This document shows positions 12,177 through 23,126 of a DNA stretch of 36,580 nucleotides, piece by piece. The stretch comes from Octopus bimaculoides (Eukaryota). The stretch is taken from assembly GCF_001194135.2 (NCBI RefSeq), contig NC_068988.1, positions 73,559,122 to 73,595,701 of the forward strand, in the 5' to 3' direction. The position numbers and the translations under genes were made by a program. Within the stretch, counting starts at the first letter, position 1, and the number at the start of each line of letters is the position of its first letter. The notes below the pieces were generated by a model. It had not been told where the DNA came from. It saw nothing but the letters and a program-made list of their open reading frames with translations, and made no database searches.

Positions 12177-12183
12177 GCGCGCA
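12122..12183. repeat. (CA)n-(CG)n alternating purine-pyrimidine tract (Z-DNA-prone)
   Basis: About 10 consecutive CG units at 12161-12182 after (CA)n. Confidence 0.9.
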
Positions 12184-12199
12184 TTCATATATGCATATA

Positions 12200-12275
12200 C
12201 AGTAATCCCTCGACTATCGCGGGTGTTACGTTCTAAAACCCACCGCGATATGTGAAAATCCGCGAAGTAGAAACA
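12200..12275 (+). mobile_element. Tigger/pogo-like (Tc1/mariner superfamily) terminus
   Basis: TA|CAGTAATCCCTCGACTATCGCGGGTGTTACGTTC...CCGCGATATGTGAAAATCCGCGAAG follows the TA target plus CAGT...CCTCG pattern of Tigger-type ends. It is interrupted by a SINE tail. Confidence 0.65.
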
Positions 12276-12279
12276 ATAC

Positions 12280-12519
12280 TTCTTTTATTTATTTCAGTCA
12301 TTTGATTGCGGCTATGCTGGAGCACCGCCTTTAGTCGAAGAAGTCGACCCCAGGACTTATTCTTTGTAAGCCTAGTACTTATTCTATCCTTCACTTTTGC
12401 CGAACCGCTAAGTTACAGAGACGTAAACACACCACCATCGGTGTGACAAACAGGGTGGGTGGGTGGTCGGAGGGACAAACACAGACAAATACATACATAC
12501 ATATATGTATATATATGTG

Positions 12520-12588
<69 letters not shown>

Positions 12589-12620
12589 CTGCCTGTATGT
12601 TTGTATGTATGTACTGGAAG
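12280..12620 (-). mobile_element. SINE family B, 3' half with internal microsatellite (head missing)
   Basis: Reverse complement of the 3' half of the SINE at 21693-22146 (TTTACGTC..GTAACTTAGCGGTTCGGC...GACTAAAGGCGGTGCTCCAGCAT..GCAGTCAAATGACTGAAA). Confidence 0.85.
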
Positions 12621-13065
12621 GAAAAAGAGTTACCCCTTCACCAGATCTTTACATTTTGTGGAATTGTTGTTGCCTCCAATTTTTTCACAATCCAGTGAAA
12701 TTTCAAACTTTTTCTCAAAAGTTTTAAATAAACCCGTAAGAACCTCCTTTCATTAATTTTCTCATAGATACATTAAAGATTGCTGCCTTCAATTTCTCTC
12801 GACTTGGAACAAGAAATTCCTCAAACAGTAATTTGAAAGGGTAACCTACCTTATCCAAACTTCAGTAATTTGCGTCAATCGATTTCATGGAACGTAATTC
12901 GATATGAAGTACCAGGAGCAAGATATTTTCTAATTATACCAGGAGGATGTTTCTGATGTACTTCCCAATACAGAAATCTCTTCTTTCCAGCCATTCTTTT
13001 CTTACCCAGTCATTTCATGTAGCTCAACTGTGTCATAAACACACACAGAAAAAAAAAAGAAAGAA
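12615..13065 (-). pseudogene. DNA transposase fragment, probably Chapaev3-like (CMC superfamily)
   Basis: Minus strand: WVRKEWLERR..., ENILLLVLHIELRSMK, LDKVGYPFKLLFEEF..SREKLKAAIFN..MRKLMK, GNNNSTKCKDLVK. These match the LLPPLHIKLGLMK...KLKAGIF.GPQIR.LMK...FLGN motif set, which I associate with Chapaev3. The family assignment is from memory. Confidence 0.6.
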
Positions 13066-13292
13066 AATTAGTATAACCGCTTTCTTGATGAAGCAGTATG
13101 GAAATCATTTTCAACTTACCACATAACATCTAATTATGTTTGACGTATTTGTGCTTTCCAGTACGACTTTCATCGATTCATACCTTAGATTAAGATGTGC
13201 AGAATGGCCAATCAGTACAGTAACTAACATGCCGTATGTCTTTAAATAGTCGTATATATTTAGCTGTCTTGAATTGGAACTAGTTAGAGTTA

Positions 13293-13452
13293 TACATACA
13301 TACATACATACATACATACATACATACATGCATGCATGCATGCATGCGTGCGTGCATGCGTGCGTGCATGCGTGCGTGCATGCGTGCGTGCGTACGTACA
13401 TACATACANNNNNNNNNNACATACATACATACATACATACATACATACATAC
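13293..13452. repeat. Compound (ATAC)n/(ATGC)n/(GTGC)n microsatellite with a 10-N gap at 13409-13418
   Basis: Directly visible. Confidence 0.95.
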
Positions 13453-14840
13453 GGGCTGCTTGATGAAATCCGAGCCATTGATGTGAAAGCCCGAAAAATA
13501 CTAACAAGCACACATAATCTCCGCATAAACAGTGACGGAAACCGCCTCTACTTAAAACGAAAACAAGGCAGCAGAAGCTCAACTTCAATCCAAAATGCCT
13601 TTGAATGTCGCACCATATGCCGTCGGCAACATCTTCTAAACACCAACTGTCGAAATGCGTCCCTTAACCAAGTTTGCATACATGAGGCTGATAACATCAT
13701 AAGACGTGGAAGGCAGCTCGTTGAGCAACACTCTTTGTCTGATAACCTAGAATACATGCCCAAGGAAGTCGCACGACTACCGCAACCTATCACGAGATGA
13801 AAGGATGAAATTATATGAGCAAAAGACTATGCCTGGATATGTCAGTAGAAAGCTCCGTGATGGTAGTAACATCGATCATCAAAGCAGTTTATCGTAGACC
13901 AATAGCCGGATTACTAACTCCTACTTTGAAGGTTATGCGTTTGCAATCTAGGAACAGGAAATATCAACCAAGTACCTGATGCGCAAAAGGGATAGAGTTG
14001 AAGGAAAAGCCGTAAAATGTGACAACAGATGCAGACTTTGTGGAGTTAATACCGAAGATATCACCCACATCATAAGCAGTTGTGCGAAAATATAATCACG
14101 GTGTTATCTACCGATGAGACATGATGTTGTAGCTAGGACACTCTATAATGAAATCTGTCGGAAGGCTAATCCCGAAGACAAAGAAATAAGAGCACATAAT
14201 AGCCACTCATAATAAAAGGAATACTAGTGGAATGTACCAGTGAAGCCCCCAATAAAATGTTAGCACAACAGACCTGATATAATCATAAGGGATTAAGAAC
14301 AGAAACTGTGCACAGTTGTGGAAATTAGTTGCCCAGTGGATGTTAACATAAAGCTGAAGATCAGTGAAAAAGAGAAAACCTATGTTGAACTATTCAGAAA
14401 TCTATAGTTACTCTATCCAGATTACAAGTTCATGCTTATACCTGTTATTATTGGGGCCCTGGGATATGTAACAGACTGCCTAAATACCAATCTTGAGAAA
14501 CTAGGCTTCTTAAAACCAGAAAGGAAAAAGCTAATTTGAAGACTACAGATCTTATCCATCACTAGAACTGTAAAAATCTGTAAAACTTTCCAGAAGTTTA
14601 TCATTTAAATATATATCAGCATGTCTAGATATGCAATTATATACATGAGAATACATACATAAAACATACAAATCTGCACATACATGCATACATACTTACA
14701 TACAAAAATACCCTGTTGTTGATGTTGAAATTCCAATGAAGGAACCTTGCGTCTAGGTTAGAAACCGGTTCTTTCTCTATTGGCAAGAAATCTTGATACA
14801 AACTGAATAATGACATACATATGGAGCCTTTTATTCATAC
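13453..14840 (+). mobile_element. 5'-truncated R4/Dong-like LINE with CCHC motif, RLE domain and complete 3' end, embedded in (ATAC)n
   Basis: Fragments: DEIRAIDVKARKILT..RLYLKRKQG, FEGYAFAI*EQEISTKYL, CRLCGVNTEDITHIISSC, HNRPDIII..VVEISCPVDVNI..EKEKTY, and IPVIIGALGYV, with a stop at 14606-14608. The 3'UTR ends ...GAGCCTTTTATTCA followed by (TACA)n. Confidence 0.92.
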
Positions 14841-15060
14841 ATACATGTATACATACATAATACATACATACATACATACATGCATACATACATACATACA
14901 CACGAGCTGTGTCTTCGCGCAATAGTGAGCGGTTTGAATTATGTAAAGAAAGTGCACACACATACACATATCAAATAGACCAAAGCAAAAAGCAAAACAT
15001 TTGAAAATACAGTCATGTTATACACATGTGTGTATAACATACATACATACATACATACAT

Positions 15061-15204
15061 ACATACAAAAATACCCTGTTGTTGATGCTGAAATTCCAAT
15101 GAAGGAGCCTTGCATCTAGGTTAGAAACCGGTTCTTTATCTATTGGCAAGCAATCTTGAAATAAAGTGAATAATGACATACATACATATGAAGCTTTTTA
15201 TTCA
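15061..15204 (+). mobile_element. Isolated 3'UTR copy of the same LINE family
   Basis: Near-identical to about 14697-14836 (CAAAAATACCCTGTTGTTGATG...AGAAACCGGTTCTTT...AATAATGACATACAT..AGCTTTTTATTCA). Confidence 0.9.
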
Positions 15205-15778
15205 CGATTGTAGTAATTGTCGACTGAAACTTGAATTTAGCATGCAGAGAGTTACTACAAACAACATGGCTGGACTCAACATCAACAATAACATAATCGA
15301 GGAACAGAACGAAAACAAATTCTTTCTAGCTGTAGCTATAGAAGAAACCGTAAATACAGAATTCATTTCTCTTGGAGTTATGAATTGATTACTGATCTAT
15401 TTAACTGCTACAAAAAAGCGAAACAAAACTCTGCTGTTGGTTATGTGAATCGATCGAAATCATATTGGGACGATCTGCATCCAGAAATAAATCATTTTAC
15501 TGCGAAGCAACTACGCCAAATAGCGACATTTGTAGAACATAGGAAGAAGGTTAGTAACTGTAACTTTATTAAAAAACCGAAAATTTACCTTCTTCACAAT
15601 TCTATAAGCAAAAACGAAAACGTGAAGACGTAAGACTACCACGTGGTTTCGCAGATAGCGATGTTCAAACAGATTCCATAGTGCCTGCCAGCCAAACTAC
15701 ATTACTGGCTAAAGTAACTGACCACTGTCCCCTACTACGACTATGGTAAATAGCATGCACAACCACAACGATTATTGC

Positions 15779-15823
<45 letters not shown>

Positions 15824-18279
15824 CAGGATTATACACCGGTGAAATGTGCCCTTATTGAAATTTTCCGAGAAGAAATAATTTTGGCTTTGAAGTACTCTCT
15901 TGAGGAGAGAGTATTCTCTACCAAAGTAAGTAAAAAAAACAAAAAACATCAGTTAACGGTATTAAAAGCTGTTAACAAAATTGGTGACGAGTATTTACAG
16001 CAGTGTGATGAACCCACATTCTGACAGATTAACGCCTGCCTATACGTTCTGGCTACTCTTGCAAAGCAGTACATGAATGACATTCAAAAAGTAAAGAAAA
16101 CTGAAACAACAAAGAAGGTACCAACATAGGTTTTGAAGACAGAGAAAAAGATAACTGGTTTACGGAAGACCATCAGTCGTGTGAAGATTCTTATTGCGTG
16201 CAAACAAGCAAATTACTATACGTCCCACCAACAGAAAGTAAAAAAGGAGTTAAAAATGATGTTTGGAGACAGTAAAAAGAAGACACTCACTTGCAAAAGC
16301 TGTCAGTGAGAAACTCCGACATCAGAAAAGTATAACCGAGAGAAAAACAATAAACAAAAAATTTAACCGGAACCAGGCAGCTGTATACAAAGACATGAGA
16401 AGAGGAGCAGTGAACATCACAGAAACTCCTGTTATATATACAGCATTGATGGTGATACTCTTTCAACTGTAATCCAGTAACTTCAGGATGGAAAAGCACC
16501 CGGCAGAGACTTGATTGTTGGATATTGGTACAAGAAGCTAACCTTCTACCGACCATATCTTATCAATCTGTTCCAACAAACTCTCAATGAGAACAATAGC
16601 ATATCACACTGGTTAGCTCCGGCAGAGACAAAATTGACCCCAAAATGTAGAACCACCGACATGGCAAAAAACTACCGGCCAATTACATGCCAGAACTTAA
16701 TGTATAAGATAGATACAACATGCTTAAACCCTTCCTCCAGGACCATTGTGAAACCGATAACATCATCACAGCAGAACAATGCAGCTGGGAAGAAAGGAGT
16801 CTGGGGATGTGCCGATCAATTAATCAACAAAACTGTGATGTCAGAAGTGCGAGAGCATAGGAGGAACCTGGTTTCAATGTGGCTAGACTACAAGAAAGCC
16901 TTTGACTCTCTTCCCCAGTCATGGATGATAGAAGACCTTCAATTTGCTAAAGTTCCAATGAGCATAGTCAAGGCCATAGCTGACCTGACTTCATCGTGAG
17001 TCACCATCTTGAAATTAAACAAAAAGAGTGACTGTATTATTACTGATAGAATGCAGTATCGCAAAGCATATTCCAAGAGGACAGCCTCTCTGTGATGTTG
17101 CTTATACTTTCTGTAAAGCCCTTGTCATTCATGTTAAGGAAGTCTGGTTCAGAAGGAAACAGAAATACCAAAATTACACAGTTTCTTTGTGGATGACTTG
17201 AAACTTTATGCAAAGAATATGCACGAGAAGAAAAATAGTCTTGACCTATAAACAACATTCTCAAAGGATGTAGAGTTGGAGTTTGGTGAGGATAAATGTT
17301 ATTATATGGTTGTAAAAAGGGGGAAAACTGTAAACCAGACTAGCAACATCCCCCTCAATGACTTGACTGTTTCCTCTATATCTGACGAGGAATGTTACAG
17401 GTATCTAGGGGTGGATGAAAACATATGTTACAATGGCACCTGTAACAAAACATGTGTCACTAAAGAACATTACAGCCGAATAAAGAAAATTTGAACCTCA
17501 GAACTTTATATTGAATAAAACAGTGGCCACAATGTGTTTGCAGTGTCAGTAGTCATACCAACATTTGGGCTGCTTGACTGGACGCTTGATGAAATCCGAG
17601 CCATTGATATGAAAATCCGAAAAATACTAACAAGCACACATAATTTCCACATAAACAGTGACGGAGACCGCCTCTACCTAAAACGAAAACAAGGCAGCAG
17701 ACATCGATCCAAAATGCCTTTGAATATCGCATCATATCCTTTCGGCAACATCTTTTAACCACCAAGCGTCGAAGTGCATACATGAGGCTGATAACATCAT
17801 AAGACTTGGAAGGCAGCTCCTTGAGCAACATTCCTTACCTAACAACCCTAACCCTAACCTAGAATACATGCCCAAAGAAATCACACGACTCTACCGCAAC
17901 CTATCATCAGATGAAAGGAGGAGCATATATGAGTAAAAGACTATGCATGGATATGTCAGTAGAAAGCTCCGAGATGATAGTAACATTGATCATCAAAGCA
18001 GTCTATCATGGACCAATAACCAGATTACTACCTCCCACTTTGAAGGTTATACATTTACAATCCAGGAACAGGAAATATCAACCAAATACCTGATGCACAA
18101 AATGGATAGAGATGCAGAAAAAGCAGTAAAAGGTGACAACCGATGCAGACATTGTGGAGTTAACACTGAAGATATCATCCACATCATAAGGAGTTGTCCG
18201 GAAACGTAATCACGGTGTTATCTGCCGATGAGACATGGTGTTATAGCTAGGTTACTCTATAATGAAATCCGTCGGAAGG
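15205..18279 (+). mobile_element. Near full-length but disrupted R4/Dong-like LINE (N-terminal region, RT, CCHC), truncated before the RLE
   Basis: N-terminus DLFNCYKKAK..GYVNRSKSYWDDLHPE. RT motifs NYRPITCQNLMYK, GCADQL, WLDYKKAFDSLP, IFQEDSLS, FVDDLKLYAK, EFGEDKC, YRYLGVDE. Also CRHCGVNTEDIIHIIRSC. 17570-18279 is homologous to 13453-14170. There is an internal (AGT)n at 15779-15823. Confidence 0.92.
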
Positions 18280-18900
18280 ATGGTTTATACACATCAAACT
18301 ATCTAAATTTTAAAATTTACAACTGAGAAGATGCTTTGGCAGGGTCACAGAATTGTGATAGATTCATTCAGAAAACAGGTGATTTCCATCTTTAGTTCTA
18401 AAAATTTCTATCGATACTAACCTAATTAGGACTAACTTTTTAGATGTTTCTTTTGACATTAAAATTAATTTCTATAAATCCTTCCATAAGCCCAACGAAA
18501 ATCTAAGATATATTAATAAACACTCTTGCCACCCACTATCATATTTAAGAACTTAATTCCGAACATTATTCGTAGAATCACAAATCTTTCTTCGTGTAAA
18601 GAAATATTTGAAAACGCATCCCCGTATTAAGATAAGGCTTTACCGGATAGAAGCTTTATTGATAGAATATTTTATACCCTCTACCTCCTCAACCATTTAG
18701 TCATAAGTTTAGGTTCCACAATATTTTATAGTTCACCCACCCTTTTCCCTAAATGTTAGGCCAAATATATGTAAAAGATTTTTAGTCTTATTAGATAATC
18801 AGTTTTCCCACTGATATAGGAAAATATTTAATAGGCACACAATTAAAATTACATACTCATGGTCCCCTAATGTAAAGGCCTATAACAATAAGCAACCGAT
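18280..18900 (+). pseudogene. Penelope-like (Neptune-type) RT C-terminal fragment
   Basis: Fragments: DGL, TNFLDVSFDI..YKSFHKPNENLRYINKHSCHP, NLIPNIIRRITNLSS.KEIFENASPY, HPFSLNVRPNICKRFL..L, and KIFNRHTIKITYSWSPNV. These are hallmark Neptune-type PLE motifs. Confidence 0.82.
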
Positions 18901-20029
18901 AACTTGGACAGGACTTGGATGCATATACAGAGATAAATCTAAATGATCTCTATGGCTGGCATGCTCTGTTTTTTTAAAATTTTTTTATAAAGCACAGGTA
19001 TCGGTAAACTATGGCAGCGGCCAGACGAGGACGTTTACTTGAGCCGAGTAACAAAACCCACCCCCAGAGGGATGTCCACATTAATGGGTATGTCCTTATG
19101 GGACCATAATTTCCACTCGAACTTAATTACAGTGCGACGGGCCGTTAGAATTATATGAACCTGTTTCCGAATGAGATCTAAGTTCTTAAGAGTGAAAATG
19201 ATGGCATTGTTAAGAAGAATGGGTGATACGTTAGAATAGTATTGACCAATGATCACTTAAATAAATGTGTTGCTTATAATTCCTTCGCTAAAGTGTTTCG
19301 ATAATTTATCTTTGTTAGCTGTCTAGAATTTTTACTCAGCTTAATAACTATAAGTTTTATTTGTCCTCCTCCTATCTCCCCGATATCAAAGTCTAAAGAA
19401 TTTTATTGCCCCGCTTAAGATTCTCTTATCCCTAATCTCTTTAGTCCTCCCTACCTCCTCTACTTCTCTACCGAGCATCCTTCTCCTTCGACTTGAGGAC
19501 ATCTGTAAATACATCTACTTTGTTTTCTTTTAGGACAACCTACCCACTAACTTTTACTTTCATTAATCTTTTGACCTTGATTTTGTTATTTTCAACTTGT
19601 CATTCATACTGTGGCTAATCTGATAAACCATTTGTCCATCTCAAAGTGACAATGTAAACAATTTATAGGTAATAGGGCCTGAAGATTGACTGAGCAGGTT
19701 TTATGTGTTATAAGTTATGTAACCAACAGTTTTAGTTATGAAAAAATTGCAGCCCGTGCTTTACCTGTTCCATTCCTTACATTCTCGGATTTTTATTCGC
19801 ATTTGTAGCAGCGTTAGTTGCTTAACTGTGAGTTGTATGGTGACTGCCAGCTTATCAAAATTTCCTTTGATTTCAATATGGGATGAAGAGTTTACTTACG
19901 ATGGTTAACAAACTCGTTTTATCGTACACTGTCCGCCTTTGAACATCTATACTAGTTGTATACATACTCGAAGCTTACTAACACACTACACCAGAAACCT
20001 TGGACGTACTTACCTATTACTCTATATGT

Positions 20030-20030
20030 A

Positions 20031-20104
<74 letters not shown>
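20030..20104. repeat. (TCTA)n microsatellite
   Basis: Directly visible. Confidence 0.97.
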
Positions 20105-20105
<1 letters not shown>

Positions 20106-20179
20106 GTCTGTCTGTCTATTTATCTTTCCTTATCTTCCTCCTCACCAACATCTCTCGCTATGTAGCTATTGACCAAACT

Positions 20180-20473
20180 NNNNNNNNNNNNNNNNNNNNN
20201 NNNNNNNNNNNNNNNNNNNNNNNNNNNNNNNNNNNNNNNNNNNNNNNNNNNNNNNNNNNNNNNNNNNNNNNNNNNNNNNNNNNNNNNNNNNNNNNNNNNN
20301 NNNNNNNNNNNNNNNNNNNNNNNNNNNNNNNNNNNNNNNNNNNNNNNNNNNNNNNNNNNNNNNNNNNNNNNNNNNNNNNNNNNNNNNNNNNNNNNNNNNN
20401 NNNNNNNNNNNNNNNNNNNNNNNNNNNNNNNNNNNNNNNNNNNNNNNNNNNNNNNNNNNNNNNNNNNNNNNNN
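20180..20473. other. Assembly gap (N run)
   Basis: N characters. Confidence 1.
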
Positions 20474-21692
20474 TATATATATATATATATACGTATGTAT
20501 GTATGTATGTATGTATGTATGTATGTATGTATGCATGTATGTATAAATGGATCTCGGTTAGAATTTCAGAATATGAATGTTCATTGAATTTTCGTGTCAA
20601 TGACTGAATAATCCACAGGTACATGTACTTAGGCTAAATCAAGCACAGAAGGCCATCCGATGGGCTTCTGTAGTGTCTGTTTTTCTGTCTACCTAATGTT
20701 ACTGAGAAGTTTTGAGTAGATCCGAGGTATCAAAGTATAGTTGACATTCATCTAATTCATATTAACATCCTTAAAATTTTGACATTAAACAATGTCGTCT
20801 TTCATATAGGAGCTAACAGATTATTTTGCTTAAGTCTGATTACCAATAATTTGTTTGAGGTCTTTGGAAAATTTAAATCACGAACTAAATCATTAATTCA
20901 GACTAGATGAAGGGTTTAGCACCCTTCATGTCTATAGGTTGAGTGTAAGTTTCTTTTTCTGTGCTTCCCTCCTTAGTGAAGCATTTGGGTTCACTAATGA
21001 CGACTAAATTATTAAATCCGAGAACTGACACTTTAGCGCAATGAAGTATAAGCTGAGGAGAAGTTTGGGTAATTTATCTTCGATTTGGTTCTGGAGCTAT
21101 ACCCAGAGATAGCCGTACAAAAGTAACTACCTTCATGATAGCTCGTCTGCTCTCTTCAAACAATAGCAAACCAGAATTTACCTTTGTTCCATTATTTCAG
21201 ATTTACTATGCAAGTTAGTCACTCTGGAATGCGTGAAATATGCTTTTCTCTCAAAATCTGTGACATGTTGCGGCATTTTTTTTTTCCTAAATGATCCAGA
21301 AATATATCGGGTGATACCCAGCAAGTATTTCCACTTGTGATACCCATATTTATTGACCATAGTAGATTCTTCATCACCACAGGAAAGTCTGTTAGGGTGT
21401 TTCATATTTCCTTTGCTCTTCTAAGTTATCAGAGGAGTTTTGTATCGTTTTACGATAGCATAAGTTTATGCATACTTCTCATACAGATAGACACACACAA
21501 CCGCATGCGCACACATAGTCATGTGCGCGCGCGCGTGCATGTGTGTGCGTGACGTGCGTGCGTGTGTCCTAGCTCAAAATAATTAATAATTTTATGAATT
21601 ATCAGTTGTTCGTTGTGTACTTTGAATAATACGAAAACAAATTGTCTAATTACCGAATATGTGTGAACACACACATACACATATATATATAT

Positions 21693-21873
21693 AGGAGTGG
21701 CTGTGTGGTTAGAAGCTTGCTTCCCAACCACATGGTTTCGGGTTCAGTCTCACTGCGTGGTATCTTGGGCAAATGTCTTCTACCATAGCCTCAGGCCGAC
21801 CAAAGCCTTGTGAGTGGATTGGTAGACAGAAACTAAAAGGAGCCCGTCGTATATATATATGTATGTATGTATG

Positions 21874-21907
<34 letters not shown>

Positions 21908-22146
21908 TGTATGTATGTATGTATGTTTGTATGTATGTATTTGTGTGTCTGTGTTTGTCCTCCCTTGTTTGTCACACCGATGCTGGTGTGTTTACGTCCC
22001 CGTAACTTAGCGGTTCGGTAATAGTGTTAATAGAATAAATACTAGACTTACAAAGAATAAGCTTTGAGGTTGATGTGCTCGACTAAAGGCGGTGCTCCAG
22101 CATGGCCGCAGTCAAATGACTGAAACAAGTGAAAGAATAAAAGAAT
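21693..22146 (+). mobile_element. Full-length tRNA-derived SINE family B with CORE-like segment and internal (TATG)n
   Basis: A-box-like TGGCTGTGTGG, B-box-like GGTTCAGTCTC, CORE-like CTTGGGCAAATGTCTTCTAC, an internal microsatellite at about 21849-21945, a conserved 3' half and an A-rich tail. Homologues lie at 12280, 26520 and 35172. Confidence 0.88.
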
Positions 22147-22289
22147 ATAGTTAAAAAAGTAAACATTTTAACCATAATTTTTTTATTTGTATGAACTCTT
22201 AACTCCTTTTCACCTGTACACACACACGCACACAAACACACACACACATACATGTATGTATGTGTGTCTATATATACATATACATATAC

Positions 22290-22352
<63 letters not shown>

Positions 22353-22439
22353 TGTATATCCACACGCGTGTACGTGCACATACATACGCAAATACACACA
22401 CACACAAATGCGCGCTATAACATTTCCTTTTCCTGTTAG

Positions 22440-22700
22440 CATGTGTACCTCTCTATAAAACCAAAACTCTTCTGCTCATTGTAACACTGTATGAAATGTG
22501 AATCCTAAATAGTGTATTCTCCCTGATGAAGGAGGCAGTATCTAATGTTTGGATTGGAATACCCTCAAATTATGGATTACTATACCCCTGAAACGGCCGT
22601 TGGAGCATCCTTACCTAATTATTTAAACTTAACCACCTATATCTGTTCTTTGGAAACTCCAGCCTCCATGCTTAAAACTTTATTTATTCACTTTCTCATA
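22440..22700 (+). mobile_element. Probable solo Penelope-like terminal repeat (pLTR) or retrozyme-like remnant
   Basis: TATAAAA at 22454-22460 precedes a hammerhead motif. No coding sequence was recognised nearby. Boundaries are approximate. Confidence 0.45.
22519..22605 (+). ncRNA. Type-I hammerhead ribozyme with extended stem II (predicted)
   Basis: CUCC-CUGAUGA(22523-22529)-AGG...CCU-GAAAC(22590-22594)-GGCC-GUU-GGAG. Stem I is CUCC/GGAG, stem III lies within the palindrome AACGGCCGUU, and a long imperfect stem II can be drawn. Confidence 0.7.
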
Positions 22701-22904
22701 AGGACTTATATTTCTATTCCTTAATATTTTTAACAACGCTTTTAGTCTGTTAGTAGGATAGTAGTTCAAGATGCTTATATATAATTTTATACATTAACAT
22801 TTTTCTACCTCAGTTTGATTTTTCTACCCATATATGTATATTATATATTTATATATTTATGTATTCATAAGTTTTTAATCTGTTTTAATATTTTAATAAC
22901 TGAT

Positions 22905-22914
22905 NNNNNNNNNN
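22905..22914. other. 10-N assembly gap
   Basis: N characters. Confidence 1.
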
Positions 22915-22951
22915 TACATAAATATATATATAAATAAACATATATATACAT

Positions 22952-22982
<31 letters not shown>

Positions 22983-23126
22983 CACACATACATATATACA
23001 TATATATGCATGTGTATATATATGTAATTTTGTATGTACATATGTATCTATGTATCTATCTGTTTATATATATGCATACATGTGTTCATACACACACACA
23101 CACACACATACACACACAAACACACG

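Noticed and set aside
14733-14772. Hammerhead-like layout in the LINE 3'UTR (CCAATGA..stem..GAAACCGGTT; also at ~15097-15135)
   Set aside because: The core reads CCAAUGA rather than CUGANGA in both copies, so the essential U4 and G5 are missing, and stem I is unconvincing.
17846-17857. (CCCTAA)2 insertion in the LINE relative to its sister copy, as a possible telomerase-type insertion
   Set aside because: Only two units, and the site already contains AACC/TAACC, so local slippage is simpler.
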